Shown in pieces: positions 35,159 through 47,207 of a stretch of DNA of 52,153 bases (positions are counted from its first letter, which is position 1; each line of letters starts with the position of its first letter). The stretch lies in the NCBI GenBank assembly GCA_050739815.1, contig JBOICE010000063.1, positions 1 to 52,153 on the forward strand. Reading direction: 5' to 3'. The notes under the pieces were generated by a model. It was not told the DNA's origin. It saw only the letters and a list, made by a program, of their open reading frames with translations, and did no database searches. This DNA comes from Pseudomonas sp. (GTDB lineage: Bacteria > Pseudomonadota > Gammaproteobacteria > Pseudomonadales > Pseudomonadaceae). The translations under genes were made by a program, and so were the position numbers.

Positions 35159-35804
35159 GGCCACCAGCCTTTTGACCGGCATCGGTGTTTTTGGCGGCGG
35201 CCACCACTTGTGCCCAACCGTTGATGGTCTTGTCGAGATCGTTGCCGTTCTTCTGCATAGCATCGGCAAATTGGTCACGGAACAGTTTGCCGATGTTGAT
35301 GCCGTTGATGGTGACGTTACGCAACATCCATTCGCCATTGACCTTCGTCATGGTGTAGGTCACAGGGTAGACCGTACCCTTACTGTCACGCACCTCCATG
35401 TTCACACTGGTCCGCTCAGGGTCGGACTGCTTACCGGAAGCGGGCAGTACGCGAATATCCTGGTTGTTGTATTCCAATAACGCGTTGCCATAGAACTGCA
35501 TCAGGCTGCGCTTGAAGTTATCCTGAAAGCGCTGCAACTGCTCAGGGGTCGCACCGCGCGAGTATTTGACCGTCATGATGCTGCGCGAAATACCATCCGC
35601 ATCCACTACCGGGCCGATAATACGATTCAAGGCGTCGTAGAACGCACTTGGATTACTGCGGTACTGCTCTTTATTAGCCTTCAGGTCGTTCAACAGCTCA
35701 TCCGTTGTCTGCTGCACCAAGTCCTGCGCCGAAGGTGCAGCCAGAGCAAACAAGGGGAAAACCGCCAACAGGACCAGCAGGCCGCGACGTAGAGCATTAA
35801 CCAT
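35151..35804 (-). CDS. mlaC: Periplasmic phospholipid-binding protein MlaC/Ttg2D
   Basis: Signal peptide, INGINIGKLFRDQF, operon position. Confidence 0.92.
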   Translation of the reverse strand: MVNALRRGLLVLLAVFPLFALAAPSAQDLVQQTTDELLNDLKANKEQYRSNPSAFYDALNRIIGPVVDADGISRSIMTVKYSRGATPEQLQRFQDNFKRSLMQFYGNALLEYNNQDIRVLPASGKQSDPERTSVNMEVRDSKGTVYPVTYTMTKVNGEWMLRNVTINGINIGKLFRDQFADAMQKNGNDLDKTINGWAQVVAAAKNTDAGQKAGGHE

Positions 35805-35815
35805 GGTCAAACTCC

Positions 35816-36283
35816 TCATTTGGCTTCTTTATTCACCGAGTTGATCAGGAACTTCCCAATCAAATCCTCTAGAACTAACGACGACTGAGTGTCGCGAATG
35901 GTTCCGCCATCTTTGAGCAGTTCTTCATCACCACCCACGCTGATCCCCACGTATTTCTCACCGAGCAGACCCGCAGTAAGAATGGATGCAGTCGAATCGG
36001 TCGGCAGGTTGTCTACCCGCTGTTCCAGCTCCATGGTCACCCGACCGGTGTAGCTGTCGCGATCCAGGTCGATGGCCGTAACCTTACCGATGGTCACACC
36101 GGCCATGGTCACCCTGGCCCGCACGGTTAGACCGGCAATGTTGTCGAAATACGCATGCAGCTTGTAGGTGTCCTGACCAGCGCCCACCGTCAAGCCACTG
36201 ACACGCAAGGCCAGCAACAGCAAGGCCAACAGCCCGGCAAGGAGGAACAGGCCGACACCAATTTCCAGGGTGCGGTTTTGCAT
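35816..36283 (-). CDS. mlaD: MCE domain protein MlaD
   Basis: FDNIAGL, GVTIGKV, TAGLLGEKYV. Confidence 0.95.
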   Translation of the reverse strand: MQNRTLEIGVGLFLLAGLLALLLLALRVSGLTVGAGQDTYKLHAYFDNIAGLTVRARVTMAGVTIGKVTAIDLDRDSYTGRVTMELEQRVDNLPTDSTASILTAGLLGEKYVGISVGGDEELLKDGGTIRDTQSSLVLEDLIGKFLINSVNKEAK

Positions 36284-37083
36284 CAGAAATCTCCAAACAT
36301 CAAGGCAGTCAGGATAAAGTCCAGCCCCAGCACGGCGAGCGAGGCATAAACCACAGTTTTGGTCGTTGCGCGGCTGATGCCTTCCGAGGTCGGCTCACAG
36401 TCATACCCCTGAAACACGGCGATCCAGGTCACCACAAAGGCAAAGACAACACTTTTGATGACACCGTTGAGCACGTCATCGGTGAACGACACGCTGTTCT
36501 GCATATTGGCCCAGAACGAGCCCTCGTAGACGCCCAGCCAGTCGATCGCCACCATGGCGCCGCCCCAAATGCCGACCACGCAGAAAACCGTCGTCAGCAG
36601 CGGCAGCGAGATGAAACCGGCCCAAAGGCGCGGGGCAATGATGTACTTCAGCGGGTCGACACCAATCATCTCCAAGCTGGAGAGCTGCTCGGTAGACTTC
36701 ATATTGCCGATTTCAGCCGTCAGCGCCGAGCCAGCGCGGCCGGCGAACAGCAGAGCAGTGACCACCGGCCCAAGCTCTCGCAGCAGAGTCAGCGCGACCA
36801 TCTGCCCGACCGCCTGCTCGGAACCATAGTCGGAGAGGATGCTGAAACCCTGCAGCGATAGCACCATGCCGATGAAGACACCGGAGACCACGATGATCAC
36901 CAGCGACATCACCCCAACCGAATAGAGCTGCTTGATAAGCAAATGCAGAAAGCCATTGCCCAAGTTGCCGCGGCCAAATAAGGCCCGCAATAGGAATATG
37001 GTCGAACTACCGAGCGACTCGACCACATCGATGCCGGCACGGCCGAGCAGGCGAATCCGCTCAATTGTCGATGTTTTGCGCAT
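36283..37083 (-). CDS. mlaE: ABC transporter permease MlaE
   Basis: [30 protein letters not shown]. Confidence 0.96.
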   Translation of the reverse strand: MRKTSTIERIRLLGRAGIDVVESLGSSTIFLLRALFGRGNLGNGFLHLLIKQLYSVGVMSLVIIVVSGVFIGMVLSLQGFSILSDYGSEQAVGQMVALTLLRELGPVVTALLFAGRAGSALTAEIGNMKSTEQLSSLEMIGVDPLKYIIAPRLWAGFISLPLLTTVFCVVGIWGGAMVAIDWLGVYEGSFWANMQNSVSFTDDVLNGVIKSVVFAFVVTWIAVFQGYDCEPTSEGISRATTKTVVYASLAVLGLDFILTALMFGDF

Positions 37084-37892
37084 CAGCGCGCCCCCAGAAT
37101 ATCTTCGCGGTAATCCACCGCTGGGTAATGGAAGGGTACCGGCCCATCCGCTATACCCTTCATGAACTGACGGATACGCGGGTTGTCGGAATCCATCAAT
37201 TCAGCTGGCGTACCCTGGCCAAGTACCTGCGTGTCACCCACCACGAACAGGTAATCGGCGATGCTCGCGGTCTCCGCCAGATCGTGAGAAACCACGATGC
37301 TGGTGATGCCCAGCGCATCGTTAAGCAGGCGAATCAAACGCACCAGAATCCCCATGGCAATCGGGTCCTGGCCAACGAATGGTTCGTCATACATAAGAAT
37401 CTGCGGATCCAGCGCAATTGCCCGGGCGAGCGCCACCCGTCGCTTCATACCGCCCGAGAGCTCATCCGGCATCAGCTCGATGGCTCCCCGCAGGCCAACC
37501 GCCTGCAGTTTCATCAGCACGATGTCGCGGATCATTTCCTCCGGCAACTGAGTATGAACACGCAACGGAAAGGCGACGTTCTCGAACACATCGAGATCGG
37601 TAAACAACGCGCCGCTCTGGAACAACACACCCATTTGCTTGCGCATATCGAACAAAGCGCTGCGCGAGAGATCGGGCAGGTTCTGCCCATTGACCCAGAT
37701 CTCCCCGCTAGCTGGGCGCAACTGGGCGCCAATCAAGCGCAAAAGCGTTGTTTTACCGCAGCCGGAAGGTCCCATGATGCCGGTGACCTTGCCGCGCGGA
37801 ATACGAATATCGACATTATCGAAAATACTGCGCGATCCGCGCTTGAAGGACACACCCTTCAGCTCGACCGCATAGGCGTTATCGGCACTCAT
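37083..37892 (-). CDS. mlaF: ABC transporter ATPase MlaF
   Basis: [23 protein letters not shown]. Confidence 0.95.
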   Translation of the reverse strand: MSADNAYAVELKGVSFKRGSRSIFDNVDIRIPRGKVTGIMGPSGCGKTTLLRLIGAQLRPASGEIWVNGQNLPDLSRSALFDMRKQMGVLFQSGALFTDLDVFENVAFPLRVHTQLPEEMIRDIVLMKLQAVGLRGAIELMPDELSGGMKRRVALARAIALDPQILMYDEPFVGQDPIAMGILVRLIRLLNDALGITSIVVSHDLAETASIADYLFVVGDTQVLGQGTPAELMDSDNPRIRQFMKGIADGPVPFHYPAVDYREDILGAR

Positions 37893-38135
37893 CTGGACTC
37901 CTTGCGATGCAGCCTCCCTTTCAGACGCCACATCCCGCAGCGGGGACACCACGCTTACTGAACGGACCGAATAGGCCGCGCACTATATCATCGTCGCCCT
38001 GCGCCACCCAAGATCGAAACAGCCTTAGTTCAGCATTGCGACGGCTCTGGCAAACGGCTCCCAGCAATAAGGGTGAGCACTTTGACCTTTACCGCTATAA
38101 TCTCCGGCTTTTCATACGGCCACTGTAGTTACGAT

Positions 38136-39110
38136 ATGAGCCAGTCCAGCGACCTGATCCAGTCTGCGCAACGCACTATTCGCCTTGAGCTCGAGGCCGT
38201 AGAGAGCCTGCTGCCCCGTATAGATGCCGCTTTCGTGCGGGCTTGCGAGCTGATTCTAGCCAGCAAGGGGCGCGTGGTCGTCGTCGGCATGGGTAAGTCC
38301 GGGCATATCGGCAACAAGATCGCCGCCACCCTGGCCAGCACTGGGACTACGGCATTCTTCGTCCATCCGGCGGAAGCCAGCCACGGAGACATGGGCATGA
38401 TCACCCGTGACGATGTAGTGCTAGCCCTGTCGAACTCTGGGTCTACCGCTGAAATCATCACCCTGCTGCCCTTGATCAAGCGGCTCGGCATCACCCTTAT
38501 CAGCATGACCGGCAACCCTGATTCGCCGCTGGCGAAAGCCGCCGAAGCCAATCTGGATGCCCGCGTCGCCCAGGAGGCTTGCCCGCTGAACCTGGCGCCG
38601 ACCTCGTCCACTACAGCCTCTCTTGTACTGGGTGACGCGCTGGCGATTGCCCTGCTGGAAGCGCGCGGCTTTACTGCGGAAGACTTCGCCTTCTCCCACC
38701 CCGGTGGTGCCCTCGGCCGCCGCCTGCTGCTGAAAGTGGAAAACGTCATGCACGCTGGCGCCAGCCTGCCGCAGGTCCAACGCGGCACCTCGCTAAAAGG
38801 CGCCCTACTGGAAATGACCCAGAAAGGCCTGGGCATGACCGCCGTACTCGAAGCCGATGGGCGCCTCGCCGGAATATTCACCGACGGCGACCTGCGCCGC
38901 ACCCTGGATCGCAGCATTGACCTGCGCCAAGCCTGCATTGACGAGGTCATGACTCCCCATGGCAAAACCGCACGCCCCGAGATGCTTGCCGCCGAGGCCC
39001 TGAAGATCATGGAGGATCACAAAATCAACGCGCTGGTGGTAGTCGATGAGCATGACCGCCCGGTGGGTGCCTTGAACATGCACGACCTGCTGCGTGCGGG
39101 GGTGATGTAA
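38136..39110 (+). CDS. kdsD: Arabinose-5-phosphate isomerase
   Basis: GMGKSGH, EASHGDMG, HPGGALG, CBS pair. Confidence 0.95.
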   Translation: MSQSSDLIQSAQRTIRLELEAVESLLPRIDAAFVRACELILASKGRVVVVGMGKSGHIGNKIAATLASTGTTAFFVHPAEASHGDMGMITRDDVVLALSNSGSTAEIITLLPLIKRLGITLISMTGNPDSPLAKAAEANLDARVAQEACPLNLAPTSSTTASLVLGDALAIALLEARGFTAEDFAFSHPGGALGRRLLLKVENVMHAGASLPQVQRGTSLKGALLEMTQKGLGMTAVLEADGRLAGIFTDGDLRRTLDRSIDLRQACIDEVMTPHGKTARPEMLAAEALKIMEDHKINALVVVDEHDRPVGALNMHDLLRAGVM

Positions 39111-39649
39111 TGAACAGCAATGTGACCAGCCCCGATCTGCTGCAGCGCGCGAAAAGCGTCAAACTGGCAATTTTCGATGTCGACGGCGTACTCACCGACG
39201 GCCGCCTGTACTTCCTCACCGACGGCAGCGAATTCAAGACCTTCAACACTCTGGATGGCCACGGCATTAAAATGTTGATCGCCTCTGGAGTGCGCACCGC
39301 CATCATTAGCGGGCGCAAAACCCCAGTCGTCGAGCGCCGCGCTCAGAACCTGGGCATCCAGCACCTGTACCAAGGCCGCGAAGACAAACTGGTGGTACTC
39401 GCCGAACTACTTGGCGAACTCGGCCTAAGCTACGAACAAGTGGCCTACCTTGGCGATGACCTGCCCGACCTGCCAGTCATTCGCCGCGTCGGCTTGGGCA
39501 TGGCCGTCGCTAGTGCCGACGGCTTCGTCCGCCAGCACGCCCACGGCGTTACGCAAGCCCGCGGCGGCGAAGGCGCAGCCCGCGAGTTCTGCGAGCTGAT
39601 CATGCGCGCCCAGGGCAGCCTTGAAGCCGCCCAAACCGCCTATTTATAG
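39110..39649 (+). CDS. kdsC: KDO-8-phosphate phosphatase
   Basis: DVDGVLTDG, GDDLPD, GGEGAARE. Confidence 0.95.
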   Translation: MNSNVTSPDLLQRAKSVKLAIFDVDGVLTDGRLYFLTDGSEFKTFNTLDGHGIKMLIASGVRTAIISGRKTPVVERRAQNLGIQHLYQGREDKLVVLAELLGELGLSYEQVAYLGDDLPDLPVIRRVGLGMAVASADGFVRQHAHGVTQARGGEGAAREFCELIMRAQGSLEAAQTAYL

Positions 39650-39657
39650 AGCCAACT

Positions 39658-40227
39658 ATGCTGCGCAAACTGCTTCTCTCCATGTTTTTCACCCTCGCCG
39701 CCCTGCTGCTGGCGGCGCTCGGCTATTGGAATCTCAACCCGGACAGCCTGCTGGATCAAGCACCCCAAGCCAGCGCAGACAATGCCATCGACTTCTATGT
39801 GGTTAACGCCCGCACAGTTCAATACCAGCCGGACGGTAAGCTGCATTACGAAATGACCTCCGACAAAGTCGAACACCTCAAACAAAGCGACATCAGCCTG
39901 ATGAGCCGTCCAGACCTACAACTTTATCGCGGCACCCCACAGCCCTGGCATGTGCGTAGCGACCGCGGCGAAGTCTCGCCAGGGGGCACTGAAGTCGAAC
40001 TGATCGACGCCGTACGCGTCGAGCGCACAGACGCTAAAGGTCGACCGACCATTCTCACCACCAGTCGATTGACCGTGCTCCCCGACAAAGAATATGCGCA
40101 GACCCAGCAAGCCGTTAGAATCGAGGCGGCCAACGGGGTGACCACGGCACAAGGAATGAAAGCGTACTTGAATGACGGCAGGATGCTCCTGCTGTCCAAC
40201 GTAAGAGGCCAGCATGAGGTTCGTTAA
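39658..40227 (+). CDS. lptC: LPS export protein LptC
   Basis: N-terminal TM plus beta-jellyroll region; between kdsC and lptA. Confidence 0.88.
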   Translation: MLRKLLLSMFFTLAALLLAALGYWNLNPDSLLDQAPQASADNAIDFYVVNARTVQYQPDGKLHYEMTSDKVEHLKQSDISLMSRPDLQLYRGTPQPWHVRSDRGEVSPGGTEVELIDAVRVERTDAKGRPTILTTSRLTVLPDKEYAQTQQAVRIEAANGVTTAQGMKAYLNDGRMLLLSNVRGQHEVR

Positions 40228-40771
40228 CACTTTGTCTCTCCGGACCCTTCCCCTTCTGCTCAGTTTGAGCGCCGCACTTGGAAGCACGAGCGCCTGGGCA
40301 CTGCCGAGTGACCGCGAGCAACCGATTCGCGTACAAGCCGACAGCGCAGAACTCGATGACAAACAAGGCGTAGCGGTATACCGCGGCGATGTCGTCATTA
40401 CTCAAGGCACCCTGAAGATCACCGGCAACACCGTGACCATCACACAGAACGCCAGCGGTGATATCGAAGTTTTCACCTCTGTCGGCACGCCGGCGTATTA
40501 CGAGCAGAAGCCCGCCGTCGATAAGCAAATCGTCAAGGCCTATGGCCTGACCATCCAGTATTTCGCCGCCAACGAACGCATCGTGCTAATTGATCAAGCC
40601 AAGGTCGTTCAGGAAGGCAACACCTTCGAAGGCGAGAAAATCGTCTACGACACCCAGCGTCAGATCGTCAATGCCGGTCGCGCCACAGGCACCAACGTGA
40701 CCTCGCCGCGCCCACGCATCGACATGGTGATCCAACCGAAAAACAAACCCGCCGAACAGAAGGCGCAGTAA
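40214..40771 (+). CDS. lptA: LPS transport periplasmic protein LptA
   Basis: Signal peptide, [25 protein letters not shown]. Confidence 0.93.
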   Translation: MRFVNTLSLRTLPLLLSLSAALGSTSAWALPSDREQPIRVQADSAELDDKQGVAVYRGDVVITQGTLKITGNTVTITQNASGDIEVFTSVGTPAYYEQKPAVDKQIVKAYGLTIQYFAANERIVLIDQAKVVQEGNTFEGEKIVYDTQRQIVNAGRATGTNVTSPRPRIDMVIQPKNKPAEQKAQ

Positions 40772-41496
40772 TGGCCATTCTGAAAGCCCAACACCTGGCC
40801 AAGAGCTACAAGAGCCGCCAAGTCGTTCGCGACGTCAGCTTGTCGATTGAAAGCGGGCAGATCGTGGGCCTTTTAGGCCCGAACGGCGCCGGCAAGACCA
40901 CCTGCTTCTACATGATTGTTGGCCTGGTTAACGCCGACCAAGGGCGCGTACTCATCGACCAGCAGGACGTTACACACCTGCCCATGCACGGCCGAGCCCG
41001 TGCCGGCATTGGTTATCTGCCGCAAGAGGCCTCAATTTTCCGCAAACTCTCGGTCGCCGACAACATCATGGCAATCTTGGAGACGCGCAAGGATCTCGAT
41101 CGCGCCGGCCGTCGCCAAGCACTTGAAACCCTGCTGCAGGAATTCCATATCAGCCACATTCGCGACAACCTGGGCATGAGCCTCTCCGGCGGTGAACGCC
41201 GCAGAGTGGAGATCGCCCGCGCCCTGGCCACCGCGCCCAAGTTCATCCTGCTCGACGAGCCCTTTGCCGGCGTTGACCCAATCTCGGTCGGCGATATCAA
41301 GCAAATCATCCACCACCTCAAGGCCAAGGGTATTGGCGTTTTGATCACCGATCACAACGTGCGCGAAACCCTGGATATTTGCGAAACAGCCTACATCGTC
41401 AATGACGGCCAATTGATTGCCGAAGGCGATGCCCAGACCATCCTGGCCAATCAATTGGTGAAAGAAGTCTACCTGGGCCACGAGTTCCGCCTGTAG
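40771..41496 (+). CDS. lptB: LPS export ABC ATPase LptB
   Basis: [36 protein letters not shown]. Confidence 0.97.
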   Translation: MAILKAQHLAKSYKSRQVVRDVSLSIESGQIVGLLGPNGAGKTTCFYMIVGLVNADQGRVLIDQQDVTHLPMHGRARAGIGYLPQEASIFRKLSVADNIMAILETRKDLDRAGRRQALETLLQEFHISHIRDNLGMSLSGGERRRVEIARALATAPKFILLDEPFAGVDPISVGDIKQIIHHLKAKGIGVLITDHNVRETLDICETAYIVNDGQLIAEGDAQTILANQLVKEVYLGHEFRL

Positions 41497-41553
41497 TTCG
41501 CACAGCCACCCACTACAGAAGTCGTGCGAGGGCTAGGCAAAGCCCTCAAGGTC

Positions 41554-41569
41554 AGGCATATAATTTGCT
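41554..41569 (+). promoter_or_regulatory. Sigma54 -24/-12 site enclosing a sigma70 -10 (rpoN autoregulation site)
   Basis: aGGCATATAATTTGCt = GG-N10-GC with TATAAT at 41559-41564. Confidence 0.7.
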
Positions 41570-41640
41570 TCCTGGTGGCGCTCTGGCGCCCTGTAGTGGA
41601 TAGCGCATTTGCGCTGGCGAATAAGGTCCTAAGCCCCTCC

Positions 41641-43149
41641 ATGAAACCATCGCTAGTCCTTAAAATGGGCCAGCAGCTGACGATGACACCGCAGCTGCAA
41701 CAAGCCATCCGCCTTCTCCAACTGTCTACCTTGGATCTGCAACAAGAGATTCAAGAAGCCTTGGAGTCGAATCCGATGCTCGAGCGCCAGGAAGACGGCG
41801 ACGACTTCGATAACACCGACCCTCTCGCAGATGGAGCGGAGAGCGCCCCTGCCGCGCCCAATCCAGAAGAGTCCTACCAGGAAACCAGCTATCAGGAGTC
41901 AGCCCCCACGGTCGACAACCTGGAAGAAGGTGAATGGAACGAGCGCATCCCCAGCGAGCTACCGGTCGACACCGCCTGGGAAGACGTCTACCAGACCAGC
42001 GCCAGCAGCCTGCCCAGCAACGACGATGACGAGTGGGACTTCACCACCCGCACATCGGCTGGCGAGAGCCTGCAGAGCCATCTGCTCTGGCAGCTCAACC
42101 TGGCACCGATGTCCGACAAGGATCGCCTGATCGCCGCTACCCTGATCGACTGCATCAACAATCAAGGCTATCTGGAAGAGACCCTGGAAGAGGTGCTCGA
42201 AGCCTTCGACCCCGAACTGGATATTGAACTGGACGAAGTGGAGGCGGTACTGCATCGCATCCAGCAGTTCGAGCCCGCCGGTATCGCTGCTCGCGACTTA
42301 CGCGAATGCCTGTTGCTGCAACTGCGCCAACTACCCACCAAGACGCTATGGCTGAGCGAAGCCCAGCGCCTGGCGGGCGAGTACCTGGACTTGCTCGGCA
42401 GCCGCGACTACAGCCAGTTGATGCGCCGCATGAAGCTCAAGGAAGATGAGCTGCGCCAAGTGATTGAACTGATCCAAAGCCTCAACCCGCGCCCCGGCTC
42501 ACACATAGAAGCCAGCGAACCTGAGTACGTGGTGCCCGACGTTATTGTGCGCAAGCACAACGACCACTGGCTGGTAGAGCTGAATCAGGAAGCCATGCCG
42601 CGCCTGCGGGTCAACCCGCAGTATGCAGGCTTCGTGCGCCGCGCCGACTCCAGCGCCGATAACACCTTCATGCGCAATCAACTACAAGAGGCGCGCTGGT
42701 TCATCAAGAGCCTACAGAGTCGCAACGAGACCCTGATGAAGGTCGCTACGCAGATCGTCGAGCACCAACGTGGCTTCCTCGATTACGGCGACGAGGCAAT
42801 GAAGCCCCTGGTCTTGCACGACATCGCCGAAGCCGTGGGCATGCACGAGTCGACCATCTCGCGGGTGACCACGCAAAAATTCATGCACACCCCGCGTGGC
42901 ATTTACGAGCTCAAATACTTCTTCTCCAGCCACGTCAGCACCGCCGAAGGCGGTGAATGCTCGTCTACCGCGATCCGCGCGATTATCAAAAAACTGGTCG
43001 CCGCGGAAAATGCGAAAAAGCCGTTGAGTGACAGCAAGATCGCTGGTTTACTGGAGGCACAGGGCATTCAGGTGGCCCGTCGCACAGTCGCCAAATACCG
43101 CGAATCCCTTGGGATAGCGCCTTCCAGTGAGCGCAAGCGATTGATGTAA
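41641..43149 (+). CDS. rpoN: RNA polymerase sigma-54 factor
   Basis: [21 protein letters not shown], RpoN box [10 protein letters not shown]. Confidence 0.98.
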   Translation: MKPSLVLKMGQQLTMTPQLQQAIRLLQLSTLDLQQEIQEALESNPMLERQEDGDDFDNTDPLADGAESAPAAPNPEESYQETSYQESAPTVDNLEEGEWNERIPSELPVDTAWEDVYQTSASSLPSNDDDEWDFTTRTSAGESLQSHLLWQLNLAPMSDKDRLIAATLIDCINNQGYLEETLEEVLEAFDPELDIELDEVEAVLHRIQQFEPAGIAARDLRECLLLQLRQLPTKTLWLSEAQRLAGEYLDLLGSRDYSQLMRRMKLKEDELRQVIELIQSLNPRPGSHIEASEPEYVVPDVIVRKHNDHWLVELNQEAMPRLRVNPQYAGFVRRADSSADNTFMRNQLQEARWFIKSLQSRNETLMKVATQIVEHQRGFLDYGDEAMKPLVLHDIAEAVGMHESTISRVTTQKFMHTPRGIYELKYFFSSHVSTAEGGECSSTAIRAIIKKLVAAENAKKPLSDSKIAGLLEAQGIQVARRTVAKYRESLGIAPSSERKRLM

Positions 43150-43232
43150 CGGCTACACTGATCCAAGCCAGAGTGTTCCGGTGGCAGGCCCGTTAGCCTG
43201 TCTCTTACACACGGCAATAAGGAGAAAGCGGT

Positions 43233-43541
43233 ATGCAAGTCAACATCAGTGGACATCAACTGGATGTGACCGACGCCCTACGCGCCTACATCGTCGAGAA
43301 ACTCGACCGGGTGGAGCGCCACTTCGGAAAAATCACCAACGTGCAGGTCACCATGGAGGTCGAGAAGCTCAAACAGAAAATCGAAGCGACCCTGCACATC
43401 GCGGGAGGCGAAGTCGTCGCCCGCGCCGAACATGACGACATGTACGCGGCTATCGATCTACTCACCGACAAGGTCAACCGCCAACTTATCAAGCACAAGG
43501 AAAAGCAGCAGGGTCGCCTGCAAGGCGCCCCGGCGCGCTGA
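43233..43541 (+). CDS. hpf: Ribosome hibernation promoting factor
   Basis: MQVNISGH, VTDALR, DMYAAID; follows rpoN. Confidence 0.95.
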   Translation: MQVNISGHQLDVTDALRAYIVEKLDRVERHFGKITNVQVTMEVEKLKQKIEATLHIAGGEVVARAEHDDMYAAIDLLTDKVNRQLIKHKEKQQGRLQGAPAR

Positions 43542-43556
43542 CACCCTTCCCTACCC

Positions 43557-44021
43557 ATGATTCGACTTGAAAACATACTGACCCCCGGCCGTTCCCTGGT
43601 GAACGTGCCGGGAGGTAGCAAAAAACGTGTCCTCGAACAGATCGCCAACCTGGTCGCCCGCGAGTTACCCGACCTGGACGGACAAGACATTTTCGAGAGT
43701 CTGGTCGCCCGCGAGAAGCTTGGCTCAACCGGTTTCGGCAATGGCATTGCCATTCCACATTGCCGGCTGCCGGGCTGTATGTCACCGATCAGCGCTCTGC
43801 TACGCCTCGACGCACCGGTAGACTTCGACGCTATCGACGGTGCCCCAGTAGATCTGCTGTTTGTCCTGCTAGTCCCAGAGGCCGCTACCGATGAGCACCT
43901 GGAACTCCTGCGCCAGATCGCCAGCATGCTCGACCGCAGTGAAGTACGCGAGCAGCTGCGCCATGCCCAGAGCAGTGAGCGCCTGTACCAGGTAGTAGCG
44001 GACGTCCAAAACGGCCGCTAG
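43557..44021 (+). CDS. ptsN: PTS IIA-Ntr
   Basis: REKLGSTGFGNGIAIPHCR. Confidence 0.96.
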   Translation: MIRLENILTPGRSLVNVPGGSKKRVLEQIANLVARELPDLDGQDIFESLVAREKLGSTGFGNGIAIPHCRLPGCMSPISALLRLDAPVDFDAIDGAPVDLLFVLLVPEAATDEHLELLRQIASMLDRSEVREQLRHAQSSERLYQVVADVQNGR

Positions 44022-44030
44022 GATATTGCC

Positions 44031-44885
44031 ATGCACTTGATCATCGTCAGCGGCCGCTCCGGCTCAGGCAAGAGCACCGCCCTCGATGTCCTCGAGGACA
44101 GTGGCTACTACTGCATCGACAACCTGCCGGCCGGTCTTCTGCCTGAGCTCGCCGAGCGTGCGCTATTGCACACCGAGCTACTGCAACCGCTGGTGGCCGT
44201 GTCGATTGATGCCCGCAACTTACCGAGCCAACTCAAACGCTTTCCCGAGCTACTCGACGAAGTGCGCGCCCGACACATTCAATGCGATGTGCTGTATCTC
44301 GATGCTGACGACGAAACCCTGCTCAAGCGCTTCTCCGAGACCCGTCGGCGTCATCCACTGACCACACCCGAACGCTCACTAGCCGAAGCGATTCACGACG
44401 AAAGCCTTCTGCTCGGACCAATCATCGATCTGGCCGACCTGAAGATCGACACCACGCATCTCAATCTCTACCAATTGCGCGACACGCTTAAACTGCGCCT
44501 ATTGAACAAGCCGGAACCGGGCACCGCGTTCCTGGTCGAATCGTTCGGCTTCAAGCGCGGCATGCCAGTGGATGCGGATCTGGTCTTCGATGTACGCTGC
44601 CTGCCGAACCCGTATTGGAAGCCAGAGTTGCGCGAGCACTCAGGCCTGGAGCCATCCGTTGCGAAGTACCTGGCCGAGCAGCCGGATGTGGAGGAGATGT
44701 TCCAAGACATTCTCGCTTACTTGGCAAAATGGCTACCGCGCTTCGCCGCCAGTAACCGCGCCTATGTCACCGTTGCCATTGGTTGCACCGGCGGACATCA
44801 CCGTTCGGTGTATCTGGCCGAGCGACTGGGTCAGGCGCTGAAAAAAACCTTAAAGAATATTCAGGTTCGCCACCGCGACCTTTAG
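44031..44885 (+). CDS. rapZ: RNase adapter / P-loop protein RapZ
   Basis: [33 protein letters not shown]. Confidence 0.95.
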   Translation: MHLIIVSGRSGSGKSTALDVLEDSGYYCIDNLPAGLLPELAERALLHTELLQPLVAVSIDARNLPSQLKRFPELLDEVRARHIQCDVLYLDADDETLLKRFSETRRRHPLTTPERSLAEAIHDESLLLGPIIDLADLKIDTTHLNLYQLRDTLKLRLLNKPEPGTAFLVESFGFKRGMPVDADLVFDVRCLPNPYWKPELREHSGLEPSVAKYLAEQPDVEEMFQDILAYLAKWLPRFAASNRAYVTVAIGCTGGHHRSVYLAERLGQALKKTLKNIQVRHRDL

Positions 44886-44904
44886 TAGAAGGACTTAAGC
44901 CGCG

Positions 44905-45177
44905 ATGCCTGCCTGTGAAATCACCATCATCAACAAACTTGGCCTACACGCGCGCGCAGCAGCCAAATTTGTCGGCGTGGCTGGGCGCTTCCCCTGCCAG
45001 GTACGTGTCGGACGTGCACCAGAGAGCTGCGTGGACGGCAAAAGCATCATGGCGGTAATGATGCTGGCCGCCGGCAAAGGCACCGCAATCCACCTGCACA
45101 CCGAAGGCGAGCAGGATGATGACGCCTTGAACGCGCTGATCGAGTTGATCAACAATTGCTTCGACGAAGGCGAATAG
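44905..45177 (+). CDS. ptsO: Phosphocarrier protein NPr
   Basis: GLHARAA, DGKSIM. Confidence 0.94.
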   Translation: MPACEITIINKLGLHARAAAKFVGVAGRFPCQVRVGRAPESCVDGKSIMAVMMLAAGKGTAIHLHTEGEQDDDALNALIELINNCFDEGE

Positions 45178-45231
45178 TTCAACCGCCAGGTGGACAAGTC
45201 GCTGAAGCGATCTGCCCACCCGCACTTCAGA

Positions 45232-46578
45232 TCAGCTCCCCGCCACGGTCATCCGCTCGATCAATACCGACCCCGTACGCACATTGCTGCGCAGCTCCAG
45301 GTCGTTACCCACCGCCAAAATCTGCTTGAACATATCGCGCAAATTGCCGGCGATAGTGACCTCCTGTACCGGGAACTGAATTTCACCATTCTCTACCCAG
45401 AACCCAGCGGCGCCGCGCGAGTAGTCGCCGGTCACCAGATTCAACCCCTGCCCCATCAGCTCAGTGACCAATAGCCCACGCCCCATACGCCGGATCAAGG
45501 CCGCCTGGTCGTCCTCGCCATGGCTGACGAACAGATTGTGCACGCCACCGGAATTCGCCGTACTCGGCAGGCCCAACTTGCGCCCGGAGTAAGTGCCAAG
45601 AATGTAAGAGCGCAACTCCCCACTCTCGACGAAAGACTTGGCGTAGGTTGCCAGGCCATCGCCATCGAACGCCGCGCTGCCCAATGCCCGTGGGATATGT
45701 GGGCGCTCATCGAGGCTCAGCCACTGCGGAAACAGCTGCTGGCCCAAGGCCCCCTCAAGGAATGACGATTTGCGATACAGGTTGCCGCCGGAGATCGCCG
45801 AAAGGAAATGACTGAACAAGCCAGTCGCCAGCTCTGCAGCAAACAACACTGGAACCTCGCAGGTCGGCACAGGACGCGCGCCCAGCCGGCTGACCGCCCG
45901 CTCGGCGGCACGCCGGCCGATACTGGCGGCATCGGCTAAATCCTCACCGCGACGGCTGACGTCATACCAGTAGTCGCGCTGCATCAATCCATCAGCTTCT
46001 GCGATCATCACGCAACTCAGGCTCTGCCGCGTGCTGGCGTAACCGCCGACAAACCCGTGGCTATTGCCATACACACGGCAGCCTTGGTGCGTATTGAGGG
46101 TGGTGCCATCGGCGTTCTTGATCCGCTTATCCGCTGCAAAGGCTGCGGCTTCACAGCTCAGCGCCCGCTCAATGGCCTGCTCCGGGCTGATATCCCAGGC
46201 GTGGTAGAGATCCAGATCGGGTAAGTTGCGCGCCATCAGCTCAGGATCGGCCAGCCCAGCGCAGTCGTCCTCAGAGGCATGCTTGGCGATTGCCAGGGCC
46301 GCGGCCACCGTCTCACGGATCGCCGCGTCGCCGCTCGCCGAGGTGCTCGCCGAGCCCTTGCGCTGACCGACATACAGCGTGATGCCAAAGCCCTGGTCGC
46401 GGTTGAACTCCACGGTCTCGACTTCGCCCTGGCGCACCGAAGTGGACAAGCCCTGCTCCACCGATACCGCCACTTCACAGGCACTGGCGCCTTGCTCCTT
46501 GGCCTCGGCAATAATCCGCGCGACCTGCGCCTGCAATTCCGGCAAGGCCTGGGGGCCGACTACGTCTGCTGTACTCAT
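45232..46578 (-). CDS. pmbA: Metalloprotease subunit PmbA/TldE
   Basis: FDGDG, TGDYSRGAAG, EVTIAGNL. Confidence 0.94.
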   Translation of the reverse strand: MSTADVVGPQALPELQAQVARIIAEAKEQGASACEVAVSVEQGLSTSVRQGEVETVEFNRDQGFGITLYVGQRKGSASTSASGDAAIRETVAAALAIAKHASEDDCAGLADPELMARNLPDLDLYHAWDISPEQAIERALSCEAAAFAADKRIKNADGTTLNTHQGCRVYGNSHGFVGGYASTRQSLSCVMIAEADGLMQRDYWYDVSRRGEDLADAASIGRRAAERAVSRLGARPVPTCEVPVLFAAELATGLFSHFLSAISGGNLYRKSSFLEGALGQQLFPQWLSLDERPHIPRALGSAAFDGDGLATYAKSFVESGELRSYILGTYSGRKLGLPSTANSGGVHNLFVSHGEDDQAALIRRMGRGLLVTELMGQGLNLVTGDYSRGAAGFWVENGEIQFPVQEVTIAGNLRDMFKQILAVGNDLELRSNVRTGSVLIERMTVAGS

Positions 46579-46673
46579 AACCCACTCCACTTCTCAAGGT
46601 CAGTCACCTGACCGGGCCGGACAAGCGGCCCTCGACTCGTTATCATGGCGACGTTTCCAACTGGATCAGCCCC

Positions 46674-47192
46674 ATGTCTGAATATTCCGACGACTTCTCC
46701 GAAGAGAAGAGCAAAACCCAAGTCAAACGTGAGCTGCATGCTCTAGTCGACCTCGGTGAGCGCCTGACAACCCTTAAACCTGACCTGATCGCGCGCTTGC
46801 CGCTGACCGACGCGCTGCGTCGTGCCCTGGCTGAAGCGCCGAAACACACGGCAAACATCGCCCGTAAACGGCACATCCAGTTCATCGGCAAACTGATGCG
46901 CGATCAGAACATTGACGAAATCCTGGTCCTGCTGGACCAGTTGGATGCCTCTACCCGTCAGTACAACGAACGCTTCCATGGTCTGGAACGCTGGCGCGAC
47001 CGTTTGATCAACGGCGGCGACGAGGTGCTCGACGCCTTTGTCGCCGACTATCCGATGGCGGATCGCCAGCACCTGCGCCAACTGATCCGTCAGGCCCAGC
47101 ACGAAGCGGCGCAGAGCAAACCACCTGCCGCCACCCGTAAAATCTTCAAATACATCCGCGAGCTGGATGAGAGCAAACGCGGCCTGCGGTGA
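46674..47192 (+). CDS. yjgA: Ribosome biogenesis factor YjgA
   Basis: [32 protein letters not shown]. Confidence 0.93.
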   Translation: MSEYSDDFSEEKSKTQVKRELHALVDLGERLTTLKPDLIARLPLTDALRRALAEAPKHTANIARKRHIQFIGKLMRDQNIDEILVLLDQLDASTRQYNERFHGLERWRDRLINGGDEVLDAFVADYPMADRQHLRQLIRQAQHEAAQSKPPAATRKIFKYIRELDESKRGLR

Positions 47193-47207
47193 CCATCACC
47201 CCGTCAC

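Noticed and set aside
41869..41901. Degenerate repeat [11 protein letters not shown] in RpoN
   Set aside because: Lies in the variable acidic region II of sigma54, where such variation is common
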